A DNA stretch of 64,000 nucleotides, taken from positions 10,726,001-10,790,000 of the forward strand of contig NC_043003.1 in assembly GCF_006345805.1 (NCBI RefSeq), in the 5' to 3' direction. The notes under the pieces were generated by a model. It saw nothing but the letters and a program-made list of their open reading frames with translations. It made no database searches and was not told where the DNA came from. This document shows, in pieces, positions 37,816-52,641 of this stretch. The stretch comes from Octopus sinensis (Eukaryota). Positions within the stretch are counted from its first letter, which is position 1; the number at the start of each line of letters is the position of its first letter. Both the position numbers and the translations under genes were made by a program.

Positions 37816-38149
37816 AACAAAACATTGGTTAACCTGGGGTTACAGTAGGACATACTTGCTCGAGGTGTCACACAGTGGGTTTGAACCCAGAACTATGAGG
37901 TTGCAAAGCAAGCTTCTTAACCACACAGCCATGCCTTCAAATACTTTTTATATATATCACCATCATTATCATCATCATCATCATCACCATCGTCATCATC
38001 ATCCTCATCATCATATACATAAATGATGAAGGGTCCTTTCTCTGTGCTAACTTGTCCCGTTTTCCATTTTTTTCTCGTTGTTCACTTGTTTTTCCCTTGC
38101 TTGTTTACGTATTTCCTGTTATTTGCACAGTTGGTGACATCCTGTACCC

Positions 38150-38180
<31 letters not shown>

Positions 38181-38269
38181 AACTAGCCAGAATCTCTGTA
38201 GCCACTTCTCTTGGCTTATGAACCAATAAATATTACATACCACTCTATAAACAAAGATAACAAGGCTGA

Positions 38270-38707
38270 AATAATAATTGTTATTATTATCATTACTATT
38301 ACTATTATTATTATTATTATTATCATTATCATTACTATTACTATTATTATTATTACTATTATTATTATTATTATTACTATTATTATTATTACTATTACTA
38401 TTATAACTATTATTATTACTACTATTACTACTACTATTATTATTATTATTATTATTACTATTATTATTATTATTATTATTATTATTACTACTACTACTAT
38501 TATCATTATTACTACTATTACTATTATTATTACTACTACTACTACTATTATTATTACTACTACTACTATTATTATTATTATTATTATTATTACTACTACT
38601 ACTACTATTATCATTATTATTATTACTACTACTATTATTATCATTATTATTACTACTACTATTATTATTATCATTATTATTATTATTATTATTATTACTA
38701 CTACTAC

Positions 38708-38741
<34 letters not shown>

Positions 38742-38742
38742 T
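38270..38742. repeat. (ATT/ACT)n microsatellite
   Basis: Direct reading. Confidence 0.95.
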
Positions 38743-38743
38743 T

Positions 38744-39150
38744 TACCTTTTCACAGCTTCTAACGCTGGAGATGTATTACAGTGTCAGCTGTTCGCTACT
38801 AGTGAACTAAGGTAACACCTCTTATTTTTCGAGCACCTTCCGGAGTATTCGAGCAGTTCCAAGCAGTGTTGTTTTCTGCAAGTGCTCCACCCTTATTGCA
38901 GCTCCTATTTGTTCCACGTACTCTTCAAGATTTTTGCTCACTGTTCCCAGGGCTCCGACAATTACTGGTACTACTACCACCTTTTTCATCAACCACATCG
39001 GCTTAACCTCCCAAGCTAACCTGTCATATCTCTCGACTTTTCTTTCTTCCTTATCTCATACCTTGTTATCAGCTGGGCATGCTATATCTATGATCCAGCA
39101 TAATTTGCCTTCTTTCTCAATTAATACTATGTCTGGTTTCCTCTTGTCTA
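38744..39150 (-). mobile_element. R4/Dong-type non-LTR 3' fragment, same family as 62326-62913
   Basis: Reverse complement closely matches about 62570-62913 (RKPDIVLIEKE..PVIVGALG..LGTARILRKVLEK*). The 3' UTR runs into the (TAA)n array. Confidence 0.85.
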
Positions 39151-39225
39151 ACTAATCTGTGATATCTATCGACTTTTCTTTCTTCCTTATCGCACACCTT
39201 GTTGTCAGCTGGGCATTTATTATTA

Positions 39226-39262
<37 letters not shown>

Positions 39263-40409
39263 GGAGATGAATGGCAGACTTGGCAGAATTCTTTATAGTT
39301 ACATTCTTTCACAATCACATTTCAAATCCTGGCAGGTAAGGTCACGTTATCATTAATTCACCTGGGGTCAATTAAATAAGTAGCAGTCACCTGCACTCTT
39401 CTATCGGTTGGTAGTCTGGTGCCAATGAACGAAATTAATACCATTCTTATTAAGCAAAAATATTGCTTATTATTATTATTATTATTATTATTTATAAAAC
39501 CAGAGAGGTGCTGGCAGACACATTAGATTGTTGCACAAAGTGCTTAGAGATATTTCTTCCAGCTCTTAACATTCTAAGTTCAAATACTACTGAGGTTATC
39601 TTTGCTTTTTGTCTTTTCAGGGATCAATAAATTAAAGTGCCTGTCAAACACTGGGAGTCGGAGTCGATGTAATCAAGTTGCACCCTACTCCAAAACTTGC
39701 AGTCTTGAAACAAAATTTGAAATTATTATTATTATCATTATTACTATTATTATTAAGGTGAGTGAGCTGCTGGCAGAATTGTTAGCACACTGGGTGAAAT
39801 GCTTGGTAGTATTTCACCTGCTGCTACGTTCTGAGTTCAAATTCTACCGTGGTCCACTTTGCCTTTCATTCTTTTGGGGTCGATGAATTAAGTACCAGTT
39901 ACACACTGGGGTCGATGTAACTGACTAATCCCTTCCCCCAAATTTCAGGCCATGTGCCTATAGTAGAAAGGATCATCATCATCATCATCATTATTAAGGC
40001 AGGTGAGCTGGCAGAATTGTTAGGATGCCGGGTGAAATGCTTAGCGGTATTTTGTCAGCCGTTACATTCTGAGATCAAATTCCGCCGTGGTCGACTACCC
40101 ATCTGATAAGGGTATCCCAAGCACATGCATCACAACCATATGTGCGCAACATAGTGATCTCATATCAAGATAAACAGCGCATGACCTTGCAGGTGGGGGC
40201 CCTGTTAGAATTTTCTTCAGGTCAAGTAGCTCATCCAGCTTGAAAAATTCCCTGAATAAGGGTTGTTTAAGGATGTTGAACAAAACACCCATATTTCCAA
40301 AGGTGAATTATCCAAACCCCAAAGAATTCCTCTCAACACATGGCTTTGATGCTCCCCCACTACTTGTGCTCGTGATCAGAGATGCACATATCGCCAGCCA
40401 CTTTTATCA

Positions 40410-40810
40410 TTATTCTATGTTTGACTTTTGCTTTGCATTTGTACAAGTTGGCTCCAAGTCTCACCCAGAGACCTCAAGAGACAAGTTAGGAGTTCATGTT
40501 GGTGTTATGCCTAGGGTATTATGTATTTGGTTTTGCACAGAGTATTGTTCTAGAAAATGTTTAAGAAACAATAAGAAAATTATAGGATTGCTTTAAAATT
40601 TGAGATTACATTGAAAGTAGTTTGCGTAGGATATAGACAGTTCCCATGAGCACTATCTTTTGAATTTCTACCATTTTGGGGTTTCCTGGTATCTGACCTT
40701 GGTAGGAATCAGCCTCCTTTGCTATCATCCCTAGGGCACCTATGACAACAGGTATTGTTTTAGTCTTCAGGTTCCACATTTTGCTAATTTCTATTTCAAG
40801 ATCTCTATAT
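40410..40810 (-). mobile_element. 3' fragment of a second R4/Dong-type family
   Basis: Minus strand reads YRDLEIEISKMWNLKTKTIPVVIGALGMIAKE..IQKIVLMGTVYILRKLLSM* then a 3' UTR; next to (ATT)n. Confidence 0.75.
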
Positions 40811-41152
40811 TATTATTATATTATTATTATTATTATTATTATTATTATCCCATCATTATTATTATCATTATCATCATCATCATTATTATCATCGCCATCA
40901 TCATCATCATTATTATTATTTGGAGGAGGAGGAGGCTCATCATCATTGTATAACGTCCTTAAGAAAGATGATTATAGAGAACTAATATACACAATTGTTC
41001 CAATAAGCCTAAAGAAACCGAAACAGGAAATTTCATACTTGAAACTACATCAAAGAATAAAGCTTACTGTGATTGATATTGAAGGTCAGCGAGTAACGAG
41101 TGTGCGTCTGGAGGTTATCTCAGTACATTAATCAAGCTACATCGTTTGTGAT

Positions 41153-41217
<65 letters not shown>

Positions 41218-42659
41218 ATACCAATATAAATTGCACTGTAATAAAAAGTTCTTTATCGTTGGTATACTAATAAGACCAGCTCATGGTTTGCTAACCAGGC
41301 AAGTTCAGCTTTGGTGCTTTGATAACAAGGAGAACCGTTGTTGGGCAGCTCTGAGTCAGCTCTTATTGAACAGACCTGGGATTAAAAGCATTCCTTTCTG
41401 ATATTTTAGGGTCACATATCACTACTGTATTCAATATAACTTTTCTGCTCCCTAGAGAGAAAAGTGTGTTTTGACGAAGACGTGATTTAGCTGATGTTTC
41501 TAGCAAGTCAAGCGACCACACGGGAGCTCACTTATTGATTCATTATAACTAAAGGGTACCTGGGTATATAGTGAGTGATCCCACAACTCTTTTCATACCA
41601 ACCCACCAGAGATTGATTGCTGTTCTATCATACAAGCTTCCTGTTTTGTTTTCAAGTGATCTAAATTTGAAACTTTCCATCAAAATTTCATGTTAATTTC
41701 CAGCAAATACCAAATCAACAAAGATACTTTACTTAATTCTTAATTATTTAAAAAATTAATTGTAACAAAGAAGGTAATGAGCTGGCAGAATCGTTAGGAA
41801 ACCAGATAAAATGCTTAGCGGTGAGCTGGCAGAAACGTTAGCACGCCGGGCGAAATGCTTAGCAGTATTTCGTCTGCTGTTACATTCAGAGTTCAAATTC
41901 CGCTGAGGTCGACTTTGCCTTTCATCCTTTCGGGGTCGATAAATTAAGTACCAGTTACTCACTGGGGTCAATGTAATCGACTTAATACCTATGTCTGTCC
42001 TTGTTTGTCCCCTCTATGTTTAGCCCCTTATGGGCAATAAAGAAATAGGTATTTTGTCTGCTGTTACGTTCTGAGTTCAAATTCCGCCGAAGTTGACTTT
42101 GCCTTTCATCCTTTTGGGGTCGATTAAATAAGTACCAGTTACGCACTGGGGTCGATATAATCGACTTAATCCCTTTGTCTGTCCTTGTTTGTCCCCTCTG
42201 TGTTTAGCCCCTTGTGGGTAGTAAAGAAATAGGTATTTCATTCATTTTTATGTTCCATCTTCAAATTTTGCTGAGGTCAACTTTGCCTTTCATCCACTAG
42301 CATAGCTAGGGGAGAGCGGTAGGAGGCAGCCCACCCTGAGTGGCACTTTTATAGGAGCAGCACTTTTGGGTCTGCTGTAGGCATCATGTATATTTTTGTG
42401 GGGTCCAGGGATGGTAAATGAAAGGACCACCCCAGACAGCACACACTCTAGCTACACTAGTGCTTTCATTCTTTCACAGATGATAAAACAAGTATCAGTT
42501 CAGCTCTGGGGTCGATGTAATAAACTTACCCCACACCCATCCCACCCAAAAAAAATTACTGGCCTTGTGCTAGAAGTTTAAACTAAAATTAAATGAAACA
42601 AAAAGAAAATATAACAGAAAAATCGTAACAAAAGTCCTAAACAAGGTGAGTGTGAGGGT

Positions 42660-43100
42660 GAAATTGAGACAAAATAAGGAAAAATTAAAACAAAAGGAGA
42701 AACTAAGACAAAAGTAGGCGAAATTAAGGCAAAGGAAAGAGAAATTAAGGCAAAAAAGAGAAATTAAGGCAAAAGGAGAAATTAAGGCAAAGGAAAGAAA
42801 AATTAAGGCAAAAAAAGAAAAATTAAGGCAAAAGAGAAATTAAGGCAAAAAAGAGAAATTAAGGCACAAGAAGGTGAAATTAAAGCCAAAAAAAGAGAAA
42901 TTAGGCAAAAGAAGAGAAATTAAGGCAAAAGAAGGAGAAATTAAGGCAAACGAATGAGAGATTAAAGCAAAAGGAGAAATTAAGGCAAAAGGAGAGATTA
43001 AGGCAAAAGAAGGAGAGATTAAGGCAAAAGAAAGAGAAATTAAGTCGAAAGAAAGAAAAATTAAGGCAAAAGAAGGGGAAATTAAAGTAAAAGAAGGAGA
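42660..43100. repeat. 18-21-bp purine-rich minisatellite
   Basis: GAAATTAAGGCAAAA(GAA)GGA repeated about 20 times. Confidence 0.9.
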
Positions 43101-44228
43101 CAAAAGAGATGAATTTACTTTAGATTTGAAGGAGTTCAGGTTATAAAAAAAAATGTTTGAGGAAAAATACTTCAACCATAGAAAGATTTGCTTATTTGTA
43201 AGCCAGGTGAGATAGTTAAATAAAATAGAAATTCTTTTTAAGTGTGTCAGAAAATTTTGAAAATGAATCACTATTCGTGTCCTTTCAAGTAATACTAATT
43301 AACCTGCAATTTTTTGTGTTAATGTTACACTAAACTAAAGATCTAAATCTATAGATTCTCAACCAACAATACTAACACATAAATACATATACATATCATA
43401 CCATTGTGATTTAACATCCTGCTTTCATGCTGGCAAAGACAGTTTGACGAGGTTTGACACGTCAAAGGACTGTGTGGTGTCACGCCCCAATACCTCTTGT
43501 TTTCTTCTTAAACTGGTGGTGGTGGTGATGATGATGATGCAAGTGTTGTCCCTTGTTTTCAGTCTTCTGTGAAGCACGTTCAACCATGAAGAAATATTAT
43601 TTGAGTTGGGAACAGGTAAGGTTTGGCAACAGGAAGGGCATCCAGCCATAAAAAATAAATCTGCCTCAGTGAATTCTGTTTGACCCTTGCAGGCATGGGA
43701 AAGTGGATATTTAAATGGTGAGGGTAAATATCACATTCTGAACTTCAATAAACTCTTTTTTTTTACTCTTTTTTACTTGTTTCAGTCATTCGACTGTGGC
43801 CATGCTGGAGCACCAACTTTTAGTCGAGCAAATCGACCCCAGGCCTTATTCTTTGTAAGCCTAGTACTTATTCTATTGGTCTCTTTTGCCAAACTGCTAA
43901 GTTACGGGGATGTAAACACACCAGCATCGGTTGTCAAGCGATGTTGGGGGGACAAACACAGACACACAAACACACACACATATATATATATACATATATA
44001 CGACAGGCTTCTTTCAGTTTCCATCTACCAAATCCATTCACAAGGCTTTGGTCGGCCAGAGGCTATAGTAGAAGACACTTGCCCAAGGTGCCATGCAGTG
44101 GGACTGAACCCGGAACCATGTGGTTCATAAGCAAGCTACTTACCACACAGCCACTCCTACGCCTACTTTGTTCATGAAATTTTTAAAATTATGATCCAAA
44201 ATCGTCTTGCAAATCACTTATATCACTA

Positions 44229-44436
44229 TTAACCCATCCATGTCTGTCCAAATATTCTATGTTTAAAGTGGCCTGATCCAGCCTCTTACACCTACCCAAC
44301 AATGCCATTTTGAAAATAAACAATCACATTGTTGAAATCTCAAAGCTTTGAGATAATGCAAGATTAATTCAAAACAATGTAAATAAATAAGGATTACGTT
44401 TGACAAAATAATCTGAATGCTAACAAAAGGGTTAAA
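44229..44436. mobile_element. TTAA-flanked MITE (piggyBac/Kolobok-like), dispersed family
   Basis: TTAACCC..AAAGGGTTAA ends. Related copies at about 16160-16275, 36700-36902 and 46520-46742; a smaller TTAA element at 36489-36622. Confidence 0.6.
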
Positions 44437-44811
44437 AATATTATTCTGACCTTTTTTCGGTCATTTGAATGTTGGAAAAGATTCCGTTTCTTTTGCCTCA
44501 TTCTGTTTTCCTTTTCTATAATTTGAGCTTTTGCTTTCAGTGAATTTATTTTCTACTCAATAATTGTTTGTTTGTGACATTGAAGAGAGATATTTATGTA
44601 ATTTAGTTCATATAAAAAGAAAAATATATATATTAGACAGATAAGCTAATTGAAGCACCCACTTGGAATCTGAAAAGCTTGAAGATAAAAAAAAAAATGA
44701 TTTTGTTTATATATATAAAGAAAAAAAAACAAGTTCTACTTCACTTCAAAATAACATAACTGATTGCAGAACTTTCCCTTGATATAACCATCTTGTCTCC
44801 AAATAGCATAG

Positions 44812-45608
44812 CCATCATCATCATCAGCAGTAGCAGCAACAACAACAACACCAACAACATCATCATTATTATCGTCGTCGTCATTGTCATCATCATCATC
44901 ATCAACATCACTCTCATCAACACCATCATCATCATTCTCATCATCGTCATCAGCATCATCATCAACATCATCATCATCATTCTCATCAACACCATTATCA
45001 TCATTCTCATCATCGTCATCAGCATCAACATCATCATCATCATTCTCATCAACATCATCATCATCATTCTCATCATCGTCATCATCATCATTCTCATCAT
45101 CGTCATCAGCATCATCATCATCAACATCATCATCATCATTCTCATCATCACCATCATCATCATTCTCATCATCATCATCATCATTCTCATCAACATCATC
45201 ATCATTCTCATCATCGTCATCAGCATCATCATCATCAACATCATCATCATCATCATTCTCATCAACATCATCATCATCATTCTCATCATCGTCATCATCA
45301 TCATTCTCATCATCGTCATCAGCATCATCATCATCATCAATATCATCATCATCATTCTCATCAACATCATCATCATCATTCTCATCATCGTCATCAGCAT
45401 CATCATCATCAATATCATCATCATCATTCTCATCAACATCATCATCATCATTCTCATCATCGTCATCAGCATCATCATCATCAACATCATCATCATTCTC
45501 ATCAACATCATCATCATCATTCTCATCATCGTCATCAGCATCAGCATCATCAACATCATCATCGTCATCAACATCATTCTCATCATCATCCTCATCATCT
45601 CCATCATT
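44812..45608. repeat. (CAT)n-based 800-bp compound microsatellite
   Basis: Direct reading. Similar tracts at 10404-10660, 21216-21770 and 29194-29403. Confidence 0.95.
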
Positions 45609-48019
45609 GTTTTAATGTCCACTTTTCCATGCTTACATGGGTTGGACTAGACATTTGCTGAGGTGGGTTTTCTACAGCCACCTACCCTTCCTGTTACCAA
45701 TCTTCTCTTGTTTCCATGTAAGATAAAGATTCCTCACGGCCAAACATATTTTCACAGAAAATTAGAAACAAAGGACACCATTTGCTTGGCAGTAACACTC
45801 GTTTACAACTATTGAGCAGTGTCACCCATAACAGGCTTCTTTCAGTTTCTGTAAACCAGATCCGCTCACAAGACTTTGGTCAGCACAGGACTACAAGGGA
45901 AGACACTTGGCCAAGGTGCCATACAAAAGAACTGAACCTGGAGACACAAAGTTGAAAAGCAAATTTTTTAACCACACAGTCATGTCTGCAGCTACACATC
46001 TTTTATTCTTTATCTTTCACTTATTTCAATCATTAGAGTGCGGCCATGCTGGAGCACTGCCTTGAAAACTTTTTAGTCGAATACATGCATGTATGTATAC
46101 ATATATGTACATATACATATATGTACATATATATATACATATATGTACATATATATATACATATATATTTCTTTACTACCCACAAGGGGCTAAACATAGA
46201 GGGGACAAACAAGGACAGACAAAGGTATTAAGTTGATTACATCGACCCCAGTGCGAAACTGGTACTCTATTTATCAACCCCAAAAGGATGAAAGGCAAAG
46301 TCGACCTCGGTAGAATTTGAACTCAGAACATAATGACAGACGAAATATCACTAAGCATTTCGCCCAGCGTGCTAATGTTTCTGCCAGCTCGCCACCTAAA
46401 TACATATATATATATATACATATATGTATGCATGTATACATACAGTATATTCAAACATGAAAGAAACAAATAGCTCATGTCTGTCATTTCCAACAATACA
46501 ACTGACCAGGACTGATTCAATGCTTTAACATTTAAACTGGCCATATCTGGCCAAAATAATCTACCAGTATTATCTTCAAATTGGCCACATTGGGTCTCTT
46601 ACACCTACCACCAATATCATTCTAAAACTAAGCAATCATGTCATTGAAATCTCAAATCTACAAGGTAACGCATGACTGATTCACAGCAAGGGGAACGAAT
46701 AAGTTTTACATTTGACAGAGAAATCTGAATGCCAAAGGGTAGTTCTTTTTTATGGGGATCAGAAGAAAAACAAAACCAGAGCATCTGAGAGGCAACCAGA
46801 TTCAGGGATTGCCAAGAGGATTGGTAATGCCAGATACAAAAGACTTAGTGGGGTTCTGTTCCATTTGTAGATCTGATGGACACTCATTGACTCTTTGTCG
46901 AGGTCTTCTAACCTTGGGGCCAATCCAGCTCCAATATACAAAGGTGAGGCCCTACAATGGTGTTGCTGATTTGGTCACCAAAGTCCAGAGATGAAACACA
47001 TAGTAACAGTCTACATGATTCCCAGTAGCAGATCATCTTTATCTGACATATGCGCAGGTTTGACTGTGTGGGAAGAGTTTTAGTTAACCTGATTGACCCA
47101 CCCACCTCTCACCAGGAATTGTTTTCATAAGTCTGGCACTTATCCTCTCAGTCTCTTTTGCCAAACTGCTAAGTTACGGGGATGTAAACACAACAACACC
47201 AATTGTGAAGCAGTGGTGGGATGACAAACACAGATACACACACACACACACACACACCACACACACATTTATTAGTCACCCAACAAGATACATCTGCACT
47301 GCCGGATGCTCCTGAACCAGCTGTTAAGTGTCCCACCCATGAGGGATCGATGCTAGATGTGTCAAAACAATAGTCATAATTAATAATAAATTCTCATATA
47401 TTCCATCTTCCGTGGAGGCACAATGGCCCAGTGGTTAGGGCAGCAGACTTGCGGTCGGAGGTTCGTGGTTTCGATTCCCAGACCAGGCGTTGTTTGTGTT
47501 TATTGAGCAAAAACACCTAAAAGCTCCACGAGGCTCCAGCAGGGGGTGGTGGCAACCCCTGTTGTACTCTTTCACCCCAACTTTCTCTCACTCTCTCTTC
47601 CTGTTTCTTGAGTAACGCTGCGATGGACTGGTGTCCTGTCCAGCTGGGGGGAACACATACATCACAGAAACCGGGAAACTGGGCCCATGAGCCTGGCTAG
47701 GCTTGAAAAGGTCATCGTTTTTATATTTCATCTTCCATTTGCCATATATATATATATATATAGAGAGAGAGAATTTTGAGACAAACTGCTATTTAGTTAT
47801 TCCATCAATAGTGAAAAGATATTATCTATAATAACCACATAGAAATAATTAAATATCTTATAATTATTATTCTAAAATCTCTAATATATATAAATATATA
47901 TATAATATATTGTGAATTTTGATTTAGTGGGCTAAATTGAAATTTTTTCCCTGTTGGCTTGGAATTATTATATTCCCTATCTATTAAATAATTATATATA
48001 TATATATATAATATATATA

Positions 48020-48074
<55 letters not shown>

Positions 48075-49155
48075 TTGGAGCCTATATATATATATAGATT
48101 GGAGTCTGGTGCAGCCATCTGGTTCGCCAGTCCTCAGTCAAATCATCCAAGCCATGCTAGCATGGAAAGCGGACATTAAACGATGATGATGATGATATAT
48201 ACGTATATACAATAGGCTTCTTTCAGTTTCCCTCAACCAAATCCACTCACAAGGCTTTGGTTTTTGGCTTGAGAATATAGTAGAAAAAAGTTGCCAAAGA
48301 TGCAACACAATGGGGGAACCAAAACAAAACATGATGTTACAGAGCAAACTGTTCAACTCCACAGCCTCTTGGTGCCACGTGAAACGCACCCAGTACACTC
48401 TGTAGAGTGGTAATGGTAAAGTTAATAAAGCTACCATTTCAAGTCAGGCTGACTCGTAAGGGCCGGCTCCCCAGTTTTATGGCGTATGAATTCCCTACCT
48501 GGACAAAATACTGGTCCGTCGCAGGGTTACTCATTTTTGCCAGCTGAGTGGACTGGAGCAATGTGAAATGAAGTGTTTTGCTCAAGAACACAACACGTCG
48601 CCTGATCCAGGAATTGAAACCACAATCTTACGATCACTCCATAACCACTAAGCCATGAGCCTCCACTGTAAAGTGGCTGGCATTAGGAAGGGCATCCAGT
48701 TTTGGAAACCATGCCAAAAAAGACAATTGGAGCTTGGTATAGCTCTCTAGCTTGCCAGCTCCTGTCGAACCGTCCAACCCATGCCCGCATAGAAAAACGA
48801 ACGTTAAATAATAATGACGATGAGCCATCACTACTACAGTCAAGCACATCTACATACGAAGAGCTTCCATATATTTTCCTATGTACAAAATTTCACTCAC
48901 AAATTATTGGTAAACTCAAAGCCACAGTAGAAAAGATTTGCCCAAGTTGCCATGCAATGGAATCGAACCTACAAACCACATGCCCGTGAGGCAAACATCG
49001 TAACCAGGCAGCTATCCCAACGTCTCTATAGTTTTACATGCCAGCAAAAGAGATGTAGTTTTGCACACTTATGATTGTTCATTGTTTCAGATAAGTAGAC
49101 GTAGTTGGCTCTTCAACCACACAAAAAGGAGTTGTCTATCGCCATTCAAACTTAC

Positions 49156-49290
49156 TTAGGCATGTACAGAGACGGGGAAGTAAATTTACAGATATTAATC
49201 TGTGGAAGGCTTAAATATTACGACTAAGATAACGTGCAGAAGATCTATATTTAACGTGCAGAATGTAGGATCGGATCACACGTATACAAT
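49156..49290 (-). other. Candidate non-coding first exon/promoter region of RLIG1
   Basis: Consensus donor CCTAA|GTAAGT at 49155 on the minus strand, in unique sequence near where CpG dinucleotides become visibly more frequent. The 5' end is a guess. Confidence 0.3.
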
Positions 49291-50010
49291 ACAATGAAAT
49301 GAGAAACTTCGAGCGACTGAAATTACCCATGCAATTAATAAATAAAGCTCTGTTTCAAATGCTTAAAAATATTTTTTTTCCAAGACTAACAGGGGAAATA
49401 ACTCTAATATAATCAGTTAAAGGGAAAATTTGTAGAATATAGACAATCCTCATGGGGATGGATCCTAACAATTTAGAGTTATCTCCCTTGTTTTTTGGGT
49501 TTTTTTTTTATTTTATGGATTTTAAGACATCTCGAGAGGGAGATTTTGGTAGCTAATAGTGTGGATAATATTTGACCGAAAATTTTCAAAACATGTTACA
49601 TATATGAGATCCTACCACGCTTGGGTTTTAGTATAGAGAACGTCGCTCTGGAATATTTCCCCCATCCCAGCCGTTTTATATGCTAAGTCTAAATGTTAAT
49701 TTCTGTTGAGGTTAGATATAGTTAATTAGTTAATTAAATGGACATTCAATGCATTACAGGTGATGATTTTACTGATCCTGGTGGATTAACCTTCAAAATC
49801 AAATCGGGGAGGGATTGAAATCAAAATACAGTGGGTCCGAAACGGTCTTTATGATGAGTGCAAGTATGAAAGAGCGACGCGTGTGTACGTGCGTATGTGT
49901 GTGTGCGTGTATGCATGTGTGTTTGCATGCGTGTGTGTGGTGTGTGTGTGTATGTGTGTGTGCGTGCGTGCGTGCGTGCGTGTGCGTGCGTGCGTATGTG
50001 TGTGTGTGTG

Positions 50011-50043
<33 letters not shown>

Positions 50044-50483
50044 TGTGTGAACAATTAATGTATGCTCGTTAATAAATAAATTAGCACAACAATAAATATT
50101 TGCTTTAATTACTCAATTCATTTGGTTGATCATTTCCTAGCAGCATGGAGAAATAATCAGATTTTTATGGTTAACTTGGCAGCAGCATCCAACACCAAAA
50201 ATCAGAGCTGAGAACGGCGATGGGGTTAAACATAAATACTGATCAAGAGGAATGGGAAAAAAATCAATGAACAGCCGGTAGATTTCCGAAGTGTCTTTGG
50301 GCTATAACCACACAATATTGGTTTTATTCCACACACACACACACAGACTATATCAACAGCAACAATCGCCCCTTCCAGGACAGCCACATAATGTTGGCGA
50401 ATAGTCTTTACTTTGAAGAACTGTTACTGAAAAATATCTCTATGAGAAATTTAGAAATAAAAACTTATATATATATATATATA

Positions 50484-50697
50484 CGGTACTACTTAAGAAG
50501 AGTGGTCCATGTGCGCGCACTCGCGTACTCGCGCATCCGCACTAGCTAGTCGTGACTAGTCAATCCTACAACGACTACCTAGCAAGTAAATAAAACACAA
50601 AAACACAAAGTAAGGATCGACTAGTCACGACTAGCTAACGCGGATGCGCGAGTACGCGAGTGCACGCACCGGGACCACTCTTCTTAAATAGTACCTG
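50484..50697. mobile_element. TA-flanked MITE with about 80-bp CpG-rich inverted repeats
   Basis: GGTACTACTTAAGAAGAGTGGTCC..GACTAGTCAATCC is mirrored by GGATCGACTAGTC..GGACCACTCTTCTTAAATAGTACC; both ends lie in (TA)n. Confidence 0.8.
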
Positions 50698-52579
50698 TAT
50701 ATATATATACATATATATACATACATATATATATAATGCAGATTGTTTCTGCTATCGTTTACAAACTATAACCGTGGATTATAAGATAACATGCAGGGAC
50801 CCCTCCCGAAATGTCGACACTTACATTATAAATATTTATATAAGCACAGATATACACAGAAGAAAAGCAGAAATAGGAAGACAGAAATAATTAAAGAAAG
50901 GGTGAAAAATAAAAAATAAAAAATAAAAAATGAAAACAGAGGAAGGAATAGAGGTAAATGGCAAACAGGGAGAGAACAGACTAAACGTAGACTAAAGTGG
51001 AAATACTAACAGTGTTACAGCAACTTCGGGTCGATCAGTTGAGTTCCATAAGAAATCGAAGCGTTAAAAAGAATGTGTTGAAAGCTGATGGAGACGGTCC
51101 GATTTACAAGACGGCTTCTAGAGAACAACGATTGCGTGGGTTGAGAGAAAGAAAGTGAAGAGATCAAACAAAGACAGAAAGAAAAAAAGTGTAGAGTAGG
51201 AGGGCGAAAACAGAAAGTGTAAGAGAGAAAAGAGGAAGTATACAGAGCGGAGTGAGAGAAAGAGAAAGCGCTTTATTAAAGAGGTATGTAGAGAGAGAGA
51301 GAGAGAGAGAGAAGTAGAAACAGAATGATAGAATGAGGGAATGAAGAAATATAAGAACAAAAGAGAAACGAGAGGAAACTAATGGAATAACGGACAATTA
51401 AATAAAACGAAGGGATATAGATAGGGTTAAAGATGTAAAGCGAAAAGGATGAAAGAGGAGAAAGGACATGTTTATATATAGAGAGATATATACATATATA
51501 TAAAGGATGAAGAGAGAAAAGAAGAACGGGGAGGAGGAATAAGCGGGAGAATGAGGGAAGAAAGAAGGGGAAAATGAAAGAGAAAGTAGGGGTGCGGGTA
51601 GAGTAAAAGAAGACAAAATGAGGAGAGATGAAAGACGGATAAATGAATGGAGAAAGCAGGAAGTTTATGTGAAGATAAAAGAGAGATTGAATAGAGAGAG
51701 AGAAAGAAAATACGAAAGATGAATCGACGACGCGAATAAGAGAAATCTAGGAAAAATACACAAGAGTGTGAAAGGATCTAACATTATATATAAATTGCAA
51801 AAATTTAAATGACATCAATTAATGGACAGTTTAAAAATGAAAGAGAGAACAGTGAAAGAAATGAGAATTTATGAGCGAAATGGGAAGAAAAAGGGGGAAA
51901 AGGAGAGATGGAAACCAGAAAACTACGAAAAGTGAGTGAAAAGGAGACAGATGTACTTGAGACATAGAAAGTAAAGGGCAAAGAGAATGAGAGAAAAAAA
52001 GTCTGAGAAAGTCATATGTTTGTGTGCAAACAGGAAATTCGATAGACACAGAAAAACAGAACATACGAAAGAGAGACACACAAAAACATATATTCATATA
52101 TGTTATATTATATCATGTTATATTATATTATATTATATAGTATATTATATGCACATGCATACACAGATATTTAGGTATGAGTGGCCGGATAAATTCCTGT
52201 AAAGTTTAAAAGAAAACGATTATGAAAGCATGTGTTTGTGTATAAATGCGAGTCGGTCTGTGATTGTCTGTGCGTGTGCCTAAGCGTGGTAATGTGTGTG
52301 TTACTGAGGTTTTATTTACGTAAAGCACTGAATTATGTCGGCATATAAAAGCTGTTTTGTTAAGATATATGCTGTGTGACAAATACAATAGAAATGTACA
52401 GAGGTACCAGCATTAAACTACATATACATATATAAATATATACATATTAGAGGGAAACCACTATGTGGACACCCTTATGCTAGTAATAGATCCGCTGTGG
52501 TTTTTACCACTAAGAAATGTTCTCAAGAAAAATTTAGCAAAACAACCAAAACGTATATAAACAACAAAACCATATATAA

Positions 52580-52641
<62 letters not shown>

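Noticed and set aside
44741-45650. Long ORFs of 243-293 aa, and similar ones at 6036-7109, 10297-10841, 14800-15660, 17178-17842, 18597-19343, 21140-22882, 38211-38810
   Set aside because: Translations of CAT/ACC/GA/TG/TA microsatellites with no domain content.
46750-47110. Unique-looking block with short ORFs
   Set aside because: No recognisable motif or splice-consistent frame; probably an old TE remnant.
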